57,494 nucleotides of DNA. Source: Bigelowiella natans CCMP2755. Its lineage: Eukaryota; Protista; Cercozoa. The notes under the pieces were generated by a model. It was given only the letters and a program-made list of their open reading frames with translations, was not told the DNA's origin and ran no database searches. The stretch spans positions 1-57,494 of the forward strand of contig ADNK01001815.1 in assembly GCA_000320545.1 (NCBI GenBank), given 5' to 3'. This document shows, piece after piece, positions 14,435 through 25,357 of the stretch (positions are counted from its first letter, which is position 1; every line of letters starts with the position of its first letter). Made by a program: the position numbers and the translations under genes.

Positions 14435-14599
14435 GAGCGCTGCCATCTTGCGGTGATTATGTTCAGCAGCACTCAAAAGACACCGGAGGCACAGCGTGAG
14501 ATAGATCGAACGAACGACCTCGAAAGTGAGCTCAAAGCTACGGTACACACTCGACTCGCAGGGCCTTGTTCAATGGATTGAATCTCCTCCACAAGTTGG

Positions 14600-16090
14600 T
14601 TTTTGAAAATCATCATTGCGGCACTTTCCTGCACTGCAATTGCATGTCCAGCAGCTATCTAGCTATCAATCTGTGGCAGAATGTGACTTTTGGTTTTTAA
14701 TGCTGTCTAGCTCTAGAGCTGCTAGGCTGATGTCTTGCATCAGCAGCGTCACAGTGCGCAGTGCGATGCGCCGGCACGCTAAGCACGCACTCGCACAACG
14801 CAGAATGCATGCCACACACACAACTAGCTAGCGTAGCAATCATAATGAAAACACTATAAAACTATCTAGCTATGTACGCGGGCGGCTTATTTAATGCAGC
14901 GGTGTGCTGCACACTTCGCTATGGCTAGCTAGCCACCTAGCTCTAGAGCTAGCTAGTAATGCTAGCATGTGTGTGTATGCGCTCGTGCGATTGCAGCGCT
15001 TGATGACAGGGCGCAACACTAGAATACTAGATTGTTGCTAGCAATAACGAGCTACTAGCGTACGCGTATGCCTGCTAGCCTGACAGTCTGCTAGTTTGTG
15101 CTAGCGAGTGCACACATATCTAGATGTGGCCGCTGCATTGCACAGCTACATCAGGATGACCATTGAAAAAATTTAATTTGTTCATTACATCCGTCTCACA
15201 CATGATGTCCATGCATGCGTACGATGCTGCGCGTCTATCTAGCTATCTCTAGATCTGCTCTACGTGCACGTGCAATTTGTTGTGTGCTAGCGCAGCTGCG
15301 TCGTTGTCTACGTACTAGTCCAGAACAATTAATGCAACCAAGTCCATGGAAGTGCGTAGGTAGTGGCAGATTTGTGGTAGTGGCAAATTTGTTGCGTCGT
15401 CACGCAAACGTAACATAGCTCGGTCAAACCTGTAACAAGTCTTTGAGTTTAAGCAAGCGCAAGATTTTGAATGCCATAGACTGCACGACCTAGCTATCTA
15501 GCTATGTAGCCTAGCGCGCGACGGCTGCATTATCCGCAGCCGTAAAAAAGTCAAATTGAAGACTTCGATGGTTTTCTTCTCTTTTCTGCATCAAGAATAA
15601 CGAAGTCTGCTGCACGCAAGGCCGGCTAGAACGATGCAAACACATCTAGCTAGACGTACATGCCATGCACCTTGTTTCTTGACGCTATTGCAATGAGCAT
15701 GCTGTTGATCGACCGCTATCGTTTGCACGTACACACAGACTGCATACCACAGACGCGGTGTGCAATGCGCTAGTGTACGCATCGCAGAGCCATCTTGCGT
15801 GCGCAACAATGCACATCGTGACTTGATAATTCATACAATTATTTAAGAACTTGGAGATCTGCTTGCTAACTTGATGGCAAATCAACAGTGTTCTCTTGAA
15901 GATGCACACTTCACTTACTGAAGTAGGCGTGTTAGGCATAGTGCTAACTCTAGATCACAATTAACTGTGCAGCAGTCGATCGATGCAACCTATGATCGGT
16001 CGATGATGTAGCTCGCCACACATTTAGTTAGATGGGAAATTTCTTGACAGTCCATGCCGCTCAAACTTCCAATTCTGCAGCAGCAATGAA
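14600..16090. other. CTAG/TAGC-rich, partially TpA-converted intergenic tract between convergent genes
   Basis: Dense CTAG, GCTAGC, CTATCTAGCTA, TGCA and CATG motifs; no coding signal. Confidence 0.65.
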
Positions 16091-16109
16091 CCCGTCCTCA
16101 AAAGTACCA

Positions 16110-17096
16110 TCAGACCACTGATTCACTTTTGTCTTGTAAAGTATCTCTAAGATTAATGCTTCCAGCGATCCCATTAAGACTCGCCACGCTTGAAATTTTA
16201 GCCCTTTTCTCATCGTGGTCAACTTTGATATTATCCTTTTTTTGGACCGAGGGAAAGTGGCAAAGCCAGTCGATAGCTTTGCGATAGTATCGAATGTCCC
16301 AAGTCATGTTAATTGAGAGCGTGTTGAGCAGTATGTCGATATTCATCGTGACCAACAGCGAATTTACATTCGTTCTATTCTCAGGTAACGAGTTAAATAT
16401 TAAAAATGAAAGTAGGAAGACAAAAGTTGAAGAGATCGCTACTATCGACCAAGCTACTGTGCGTCGAATTATGGGTTTGTTCCGCTCTCGACTCTCTTCA
16501 CATAAAGGATATGCAAGAGAATAGGCGAACAAACCCAACAAAAGCAATGACACAACGGTGTCGGTGGTAAGTATTACGAGTAGACTATACCACTTAGCGA
16601 ATGCAGTGCATTGGGTTTGTCCATTAACTTCTATTATTCTCGTGGTATTGTTAATAATCCCCCCCACAACAACCAGCAGGATAAACATCGGCGCCCACAA
16701 GAAGTTTAAGTAATACCAAATGATATTTCGTAGACGTATCACCGAGGTATTACCGGTCTCCACTAATACATTCTTCGCAATGAGGACATTGTAAAGCAGA
16801 TAGTTTCCAAAATTGTAGCCAAATCTCATTGAAGTTATAAAACCCAGACACCACATTTTGTTCGTGGTAGCGAATGAGGTGAAAGTTAAGATGTAGATGC
16901 TGAGGGTGAGAATGAAGAAGTTGTATAGCAATATAGACTTTCTCACACCCCAGCTCTTCTTTACTATGGGCCCACTGCTTCGGGGTAATTTCCGGATCCT
17001 TATTTCATTCACTATGTGCAAGAAAGCAAATATGGTTGATAAAACAAAGGGAATGATGGAAGCTGCAAGCTCCAACTGGAGGTTTGGTTCAAACAT
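16110..17096 (-). CDS. Intronless seven-transmembrane GPCR-like protein (328 aa)
   Basis: Uninterrupted ORF with seven hydrophobic segments, a very short N-terminus, Cys at the start of TM3 (KMWC) and in the second extracellular loop (TQC), N-glycosylation sequons in loops, and a Ser-rich basic C-tail. First ATG at 17096. Confidence 0.85.
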   Translation of the reverse strand: MFEPNLQLELAASIIPFVLSTIFAFLHIVNEIRIRKLPRSSGPIVKKSWGVRKSILLYNFFILTLSIYILTFTSFATTNKMWCLGFITSMRFGYNFGNYLLYNVLIAKNVLVETGNTSVIRLRNIIWYYLNFLWAPMFILLVVVGGIINNTTRIIEVNGQTQCTAFAKWYSLLVILTTDTVVSLLLLGLFAYSLAYPLCEESRERNKPIIRRTVAWSIVAISSTFVFLLSFLIFNSLPENRTNVNSLLVTMNIDILLNTLSINMTWDIRYYRKAIDWLCHFPSVQKKDNIKVDHDEKRAKISSVASLNGIAGSINLRDTLQDKSESVV

Positions 17097-17289
17097 CAAA
17101 GTTGCACGAAGAAAGGCGTGCGGGCAGCCATTTCTGCAGTTAAGAGGGTGGATCTGCAGTTACTAGGTGGCACTTGTGACAGAAAGGCGATTATTAGTAG
17201 CCGATTTAAGGCGATTCAAGGCGATATTTTATCTGCGACAACTCATTTCCCGATCCTAGTGGCAGTTGTGGTTCTCAGCTCGCCATTAT

Positions 17290-19300
17290 GGCAAGGGGGA
17301 TTGCACGTTCAAAGAAGGGAAATGGAGTTGTCGCATGTGGAAAACATCAAATGTCGTCGTCGAAAAGAGGAGCCATCACCGTCAATCTCGGGTGCAACTC
17401 TTGGCGCCCCTCCTGCCCCAATGCCTGCCCGCACCTGATCCCAGAGATTTGATCCCACTTGCGTGAGTGGCTCCCAAAGCTCTGAGAGTGTGGACGGTGA
17501 AAACTCCGAGAATGCAGACGAAATGGCCAACTGAGTCGGCAATCCTCTGGTGACCACACTGCTGTCTAGCTGTGCTTCGGCTAGTTTGCTAGTCAGTCCT
17601 CACTGAAGACAGTTCGAGGCACCGCATTTCGCACACTGCAAGCTAGCAAGTGTCTTGTCACACTTTGGAAATGTAGTTTTTCATCATTGTTCTCATTGTT
17701 CTCATTGTTCTCGGTCGACGTTGGAAATCTGCTCCGTCAGGTCGTCACGTCATTCAGCCCTCGATCAACACGGTTGCTGCCTCACAAAGTGGTTGCTCAG
17801 AGTTCATCCCTGATTTCTAACGTCACACTCGCGGAGACGGTGAAAATTCGGATGCCACATGTTAGCATGTCCCGAGTCTTCCGGTCTTGCTAGCTTGCCA
17901 GCTTGCCATGCAGGCCACCACCCTCCCAGCTAGCCAGCCTCCTCAACCATTCGTTCGGACAAAGTTTGCTCTTTCATCTTGCCAGAATCACCATCCTGAG
18001 AGGAACCAGGTTTCAGGACTGCTAGACTGGGATTTTCGTTTGAAATCACGTACTCAAGACACTCAAAGGACAAAGTTTCCGTCATTCGGGGGCCACGACT
18101 AGAAGCGTGACCACAGATTCTGAGGTTGGCAAGTTTTCATTGTTCCCCTCTAGCGCCTCCATGTGTTCGTCAAGAAACTTTGCGCCCAGCTAGTTCTCAG
18201 TTGTGGCCCAGCTAGTCTAGTAGTCTCAGTTGTGGCTTGCAAGTCAATCATTGACGAATTGCATTTCTCGCGGTTGGTGAGGTTGCAAGAAGGCCATCTA
18301 GCCATGCCAGCATGTGCTAGCATGCAGAACGCACAAGCGTGACCACAAGTCCTTGCACAAAGTGCTGGAGCACTTTGCTTTGCTGGCAGGGGTAGCTGCA
18401 TGGAGCGCACGTGTGCGCTCTTGGACGCACTCTCAAGGCAGATCGCATGCCAGCTGCAGCCATGCAGCAGCAGCACACACTAGCACACGCTGGAGCCAGG
18501 GAGGTGCATGCATCGCATGCTGAAAACCACATGCACAGCGCCTGGAGCACAGAGCAGGTCGCATGCAGTGCTCGATTTTCGATCAAGCAAGGCGCAAGTT
18601 CAATGTTCGACAACTGGTTGGCTCCGCCATTCATTCCTTGAAATTTCAATGATGATCTTCAATTCGGATCCACGATTGGAATCCCTCTAGCCCTCGTTGA
18701 CTCATTCACATTCATCATCCATTCAAGCACTAGAGCATGCAACCGATCTCGCTGTGGTGTCACGCGCATTTTGCATCCAAACTTGCTTTCTAATGAAGTC
18801 AAGGTGCAGGATTGGCAACATTGCAGTTTCAGTTGCGGTTTTTGTCATGTTCGCGTGCTCATGGTTCATGGTCGATGGCACCTGTCCTCGCACGTACATT
18901 ATTCCATCGCTCTGCTGCTAACTACTACTTCGCTATTATCGCTCCCTGGTGCAGATCAGGGTGCTTCCCCCATCTTGCTGCGGTATGAACGTGGACTATT
19001 CGGATTTCAAAGTTTCATCTTGCTTGAGGAAATGCGCATGCGTCAATTTGGGCTAGTGCTTGCCACCTTTCATCATTGCTGCAAACTGCGAAGCTTATCA
19101 TTGCAGTGAACGATTCAAATGTCGTTTAGTACGATGACATTGATGACGCGCAAGCATGTACATGCACATAGCATGCATGTACACTGTCATGCACAGTTGA
19201 TGGAAAGAAATAACGCAAATGGATAGACTTACTTGCTCGAACGCTATTTCAGCGACCACATTTTCATGCTGGTGACGAAAAGTTTCCACAGTTTCATGTT
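17290..19300. other. Strongly TpA-depleted intergenic tract
   Basis: Hand count for 17341-18899: about 25 TA in ~1560 bp, about 17 of them in CTAG. Confidence 0.85.
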
Positions 19301-19332
19301 CTGTGCTGTTCTTATTGCTATTTCTTCGATGA

Positions 19333-21025
19333 TCACATGTTATTTCTTGTTTCCTGCTCCTCCTCCTCCTCCTCCTCCTCCTCCTCCTCATCATCATCAT
19401 CACCATTGATTCCTACTCCAATCGATTTGTATTCCTCTCCATTGACGAAGTCCCCTGCTGCTACCGGAACAGCTACCCCTCCCCCATCTTCAAGTTTCTT
19501 CTCCGACGGAAGGACACCGCAATATTCTCCAAGGACATTTTTTTTTGTTATCCCTAATTTAGAATTTGTCGGGCAAGATGCAGCTGCGTCTGTTATTTTC
19601 CTCTCTATTTCCTGACGCACGCGTATGGGACAACTCAGTATTGGTGAGCGCAATCAGAAAACAGAAGAAACAAAGACGAGCACCAATGCCAACCGATGTT
19701 TTTCTCGCATCGTAACAACTTAGTAGCTTAATTATGCAGCGATCTAGCTTCCCTTCCAACAGCACAAGGGTTTATGAGGGGAGGGAACGGATTGAAGATA
19801 ACGAAAGGCGGCACCAAAAGAAATCATCACCCATTCAAATGCATGCTGAAAATGTTATCGATAAAAAAAATACCCAACGGTGGTTCTAAATCATGAAAAT
19901 GCTAGTTACCTTGTCATCAATGACATCCTTCGTTTGCGACTCGCTGGCGACTATGCTTCTGGCTGATATGAGCGAATTTCGTAGCCCAAAGAGATACGAT
20001 CTCATGGAGCCTATGAATCAGTTGTACGTCGTATAATCGGACACAACTCAGCCACGTAGGAGAGGAGGAAAGAAGAAGTGAATGTATCGCTGTATTATTG
20101 CGACGGAAATCCAGGAAATCCATCATTAAAAAACCAAATACAGCATAATTAGTTTATTTCCTCCGGGGGCGAAATCAATACCTAAACATCCAGTGAACGA
20201 GCTACGAGGTAGTAACGTTGATGATCCTCCTGATCCCCTCGTCCCTCTCCCTCCTCTTCCTCCTCCTGCAGTCCCCCCTGTTGGTAGACTGGGGAAATAT
20301 GCCTCTGATTCCGTCTGAGTTCCTTCTGCAAACAAGCACAAACAGTCGCTCAAACAACAGAGCGGCAGCATTGACAAAAGAAGCGAAAACACGCTGTAAG
20401 ATCAACAGATATTCGCATACATGTATATTGCGCACCGAGTTATGAGAGAGAATTGAAAAAAAATCATTCAAATCTGCAGATCACTGACGTGTAGTTTGAC
20501 GTTCTTTTGGCTGCTGTTGTTGTTGTTGCTGCTGCTGCTGGGGTAGCTCATCATCTTGTTCGTCCTGGAGCAAAGGCGAAGATGCTGACTGACCTTCCTC
20601 GCTCTTCCCGCCCACAAATTTTCCTCCTCTCCCCCACCAATAGCTCACTGTAGCAGCACCGCTTCTACTCGAGTCCTTTTCGGGTTCATGTTCAGCTTTC
20701 TCAGTTGTTGTCAGGAGGGGGGGGGACGGCGCCTAGAGAATGAATAGAGAATAAGACGGCAATGCGGTTTTCTCATCGGCGAGCTGTGGCCATATTACGA
20801 GGATTAGAAGAACTGATGTGGGAGTTTGGTTTGGGATTCAAGCAACACAATTGCGCGTGCAGCAGTGTCAGCTGACAGAATAAGATCTGGACATACCATG
20901 AGCACGCATACGGAGAAGGAGAGAATTAACGAGACCTACCGATTCGTGAGACAAAATTGACATAATGAATACATCCCAATAAATACATCGCCACCCACCC
21001 ACCCACACATACACACACACACATG

Positions 21026-21073
<48 letters not shown>

Positions 21074-21984
21074 TTCATCATTACTACTACTACCATGAAT
21101 ATAAGCCATAGCCGTGCTGACCCCCTGTGCATATGCGAGGATATATGTGTTTTTTCAAAGGTAATATAATTGCTTCTAAATGTTGATTTGCTGTACAGAG
21201 GCCACATGAATCACAAAAGCTTTTACATACAAACAATACGAATGCCATATTTGTGTTTGCTTAAATCACGAGGCCATTAGTCGAAATCCTCCTTGTGACA
21301 TGGTAAAAAATCTTGTCATATTACCTTTCCAAAAACTGCTGAAGGACTCTAGCTGTAGCCCTCGAGGAAGCTGTTGTGTTTCTCGAAGAAGAGGAAGACG
21401 ACTTTTCTCTTTTTGCGACATTGTTCACTTCCGTATTTCTAACATTCTTCTTGTTATTGCCATACCCATCGTCGCCATCATTGTTGTGCGTGGGGGCACG
21501 GTAACCCCCCGCTATCTTACTCTCCTTCGTGTTGCTTCTAGCAAATCTGGGGGCGAGCCAGCGGGTATGTTCGCTAGTTCTCTCTTCGGCATATGCTCCG
21601 CCAACCTCATCGCTGCTGCGGCTGCTGCTGTGCCTGGAAAAAGCAGAAGGACCTTGCTCTGTAGGGATGCTCCCATCACCTGCGCCATATGCACCCCCAA
21701 AGTTGTTGTTGCCGAGGCCTCTTTCACGATCGCTATGCTTCCCGTGCCTTCCGAAACCTTCATTTCTAGTCGAAATAGAAAGAAGCAGCAAACATAGAGG
21801 GGGCGCGATCAGATAAACCGTCAGTAGAAGGCGTAGGCGGGCATGTTTATTGATCTCGTCGTGTGCTTGTTTCATGCCGCATCGTCATTTCAAGAGTTGA
21901 TGCTGCGTGCGAGCTTCGAGAAACCGAATAACCAGAGCATGCTTGCTTCGCGTGCTATGACAATTTTCATGTAAATATATTATA

Positions 21985-22023
<39 letters not shown>

Positions 22024-23117
22024 CAACTTCAAAGTGGCTGAGCCTACCTGATTTGGTCGAAATCACCACCCCTGTCTAATTCCTGGTTTTTGCCTTCATC
22101 AGCATTCCATCCCCCCTCTATCTGCCCCTCTCCCTCCTCTTCTGTCTCATACCAACGGTAGTTGGGATGATGACTCTGGTGGTGATTGTAGTGATTATGG
22201 TGGCTGCTGGGAATGTAGGAAGAGCCATGGTCATCACGCTTATCTGCGATCTCATCATCATAATCACGTTCCTGAAATCGGTCGGTACTGTAGTAGCCGT
22301 CATAATTGTTTTCATTATGATAATCGTCAAGATGGTATTCATTACTTCGCAGCGAGCTTGATTGACTATTTCCTGGGTAGTAGCGATGATGATGATGATG
22401 ATGATGGCGGTAGTGGGGACTATTAAGGTTATGCTGATGATAACGGCGGTGGTGATGGTGATGCTGGTGATGATGGTGGGCAAGATCATTATGGCCAACA
22501 ACATGCTCGCCCAACTTATATCTAAAACGATACTGATCTGTAGATGATGTTGCATCCCGATACCTATTGTCTTTACGCTCGCCTCTTCCTCCTCCTCCCC
22601 CTCCTCCTCCTCCTCCTTCTTCTTCTTCCTGGTTATCCTCATATCGCTCATCAGTTGCAGCATCAGATTCTTCAGCTATCTCGGGTCTCAGACCTCCTTC
22701 GAACACCACGCCTTCTTTCAGGTGTTTTCTATGGCTCTGAATACCCGCTGCAGGGCTCTCTCTCTCTAGTGCTGGAAGTGAATTGTCGTGGAGAGAAAGC
22801 AGCAATACATCCTCAGGAGCCATGTCCAGTCTAGGGCCGACGTTTCCAGAGAGCTGCTCCTTCGCTGCTGTTCCCTGCACTTCACTCTCCCCCGATCCCG
22901 TCAAATCCATCATTACTACCGGTAAGGAGTGAAGCTTGGTATGCTGCGAGGAAGGGGATATTTGAACGAGGCTGCCCAAGTCAGAGGTCGTCGCGTTCTT
23001 CTGCATGATGCTCTGCTCTGTGGACTCATTTCGAACAAGGCGTGCGGATGCAGCTGAGAGGAAAACCAGCGAAGATATTGATACCATCCTTGTAAGAGTG
23101 AGCAGTAATTGTGTCAT
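19333..23117 (-). CDS. Secreted low-complexity His/Asp/Glu/Gly/Gln-rich protein with a small Cys-containing C-terminal domain (multi-exon)
   Basis: The 1.07 kb first exon has a signal peptide (MVSISSLVFLSAASA) and ends GACCAAATCAG|GTAGG. It joins in phase to ...TAG|AAATGAAGGT (RNEGFGRH..., ~21324-21767). Later exons read APSPPLLTTTE...polyQ, GTQTESEAYF...FTGCL|GSMRSYLFGLRNSLISARSIV...DDK|GKLDRCIIKLLSCYDARKTS|EIERKITDAAASCP...polyE...NNM*. Confidence 0.7.
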
Positions 23118-23499
23118 ATTAGCGATTGCGAGGAGGAAGCGTCTCGCTTTGTAGCGCTGTCTGTGAGAGCACGCCGCTCTTTTTGTTTGCTGCTTCCTCC
23201 CCCCGCGGTCTTATCCGAGCCTGATGACGCAAAAACATCACACAAACTCATTGTCTTACTCCTTCTCTGAAACACTACTCTCTGTATGTCATTACACTAT
23301 TCCCTAAATGTCGGGTCTTCTCCTCATTGGGAAGGAGGGAGGAGGAGGGGTCGCCTTTTTTCAAATTCAATTTTCAACCCAGTTTTCAGCCGAAAAATTA
23401 CTGCAAAATAAATATTGAAAACGCAGGACATTTCATCCATTTTTAGGGAAAGTTGTGAAGAAAGCTCCTAAAAAGGAAACTTAAGCATTTCGGAATGAG

Positions 23500-23958
23500 T
23501 TTTTGCAGTGACGAACTCCACCATTGCAAACGCCTGTCTCCCATGTGGTTCTGGCGCATGTAGATTTGATCAACGCTTTGTTCATTGTTCATTGTTCATT
23601 GTTCATTGTCCACCCATAGTTCTGATCAATGCTTTGTTCATCGTTCATTGTTCATTGTTCTGACTCCTCTGAAACGTGTCCATTGTCAAGTCTGTTTGTT
23701 TGTTTGTTTCAAAGTTCAAAATGCTCTCCCCCACTTTCCTCTCCAGCTCTTGCAAGCTCTCGATGATGATGCCTGCCAGCCTGCTGCGAGCACTGCAGCC
23801 GTGAATCAAGTGAACATCCACCTCATCTGGTTGTTGGGATCTGGCCTAGCTAGCTAGCCATGTCAATCCGACACGCCCCAAACTAGGCAACAGCAAATGC
23901 TCTGCTGCGCATGATGCGCACGTGTCACTGCAGCAGTGATTCAGGTTTTCACAAAGGC

Positions 23959-24005
<47 letters not shown>

Positions 24006-24510
24006 CAGGCGCACGCAAGCACGGCCCATTTGAAGCAGGCAATGAAGCCTTGAGTGTCTCCAGCTAGCCAGCTTTGTGCACTTGTCTTCACACGTGTGAA
24101 TGTGTGCATTTTTGTCTTGGATGCATGCTAGCATGTGCACAGAATCCGAGTTGCGCGAGAGTGAGACCACTTCGTCTTCATTGTCACTTTGTGCCAGACC
24201 GGCTTCAACCTTTGCGCGCAAACAAGCACACTGCAAAAGCTCGGCATGAAGAGCATCAATTCACGACATGTCACTAGCAAACTAGACGACACAAGCCACA
24301 GCAGGACGCTGCGCCAATGTGCAGAATTTGACTGCCTTTGCAAACAGCAATGTTCATCTGTGCGTGATGCAAATGCTCGTCGTACAATTTGATGCGATGT
24401 CTCGATCATGATTTTCCAGTTGTGTTCAACAGTTGCGGGCGAGTGGTGTTCTAGAGCGCATTGTGCAAATGGCACAAAGCAAAATGAGGAAAAGCAATTT
24501 TCCACCGATC
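23500..24510. other. Strongly TpA-depleted intergenic tract
   Basis: Hand count for 23521-24480: about 12 TA in 960 bp, 9 of them in CTAG. Confidence 0.85.
23578..23660 (+). repeat. (TTCATTG)n heptamer minisatellite in two blocks
   Basis: About 4 + 3 copies of TTCATTG, each block preceded by TGATCAAYGCTTTG. Confidence 0.85.
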
Positions 24511-24516
24511 AGCTCA

Positions 24517-24697
24517 TCACATAATTGAACAACCATTGCCATCGTCAATCCGGCAGCCTCCAACATCACCTGAACTTGTACGTCGTCTACCTGTTCTAGA
24601 ACCACTTATAGATGACGATGATGGCGCATTTGCTCCATCTCCGTCAATTGCTGCTGCGTTATCTTCCTCGTTCGTGTCTTTGTCTAAAATTGCATTA

Positions 24698-24731
<34 letters not shown>

Positions 24732-25323
24732 TATATGCATTTATAAATAAGTAATTATGGACAATTGCCATTGCAGAAACTACCTTTCATGCCTATTGCT
24801 TGAGAATAAGCTCGGTTGATATTCGGATCACCCTGCCGAATACAAGTTGCAACATTATCAGAACGTAGCATGTGGAATTGTTGCTGGGGAAAAGAGAATT
24901 GGCTTCCAGAAAGCAGGAAAAAACACTCCCCATGATAATATGCAACTGCTCTTTCATACAGTCGCGAGGTTAGTTTAATACAATGCAATCTTCTAGTGAG
25001 TAGTCACCATATAGGCTTCTCCTCTATCGACAGCTGCTGCTACAACTTCTTCCTCCTCGCACTTGTTCGCGCTCTCTCCAAATGTTATGTTCGTTCCATT
25101 AACTAATCCTTGATACAACCGAACCTTTATAATCAGAAAAACATTTGTTTCCGAAACGCAATGCAGCTGTGATGTAATGGCATGGAGAATGACGCACACA
25201 GATGTACATACTCGCGCACATAAGTATAAACACTATATCATCGCATAATCAATCATCGTCGGCGCTGTGGAGAGTATGGTCAGTATGTAGCATATCACCT
25301 AATAGGCATCAGTTGTTGTTTCT

Positions 25324-25357
<34 letters not shown>

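Noticed and set aside
14435-14581. Open frame continuing past the esterase TGA (read-through or Sec?)
   Set aside because: The family normally ends shortly after CxFW, no SECIS is evident, and the length is compatible with chance.
14560-19300. A discrete transposon carrying the 7TM gene
   Set aside because: No terminal inverted repeats, LTRs, target-site duplication or transposase/RT motifs could be identified by eye.
17290-24510. CpG methylation/deamination as the cause of the TG/CA excess
   Set aside because: CG remains common in these tracts (GTCGTCGTCG, GCGCGC), and the missing dinucleotide is TA.
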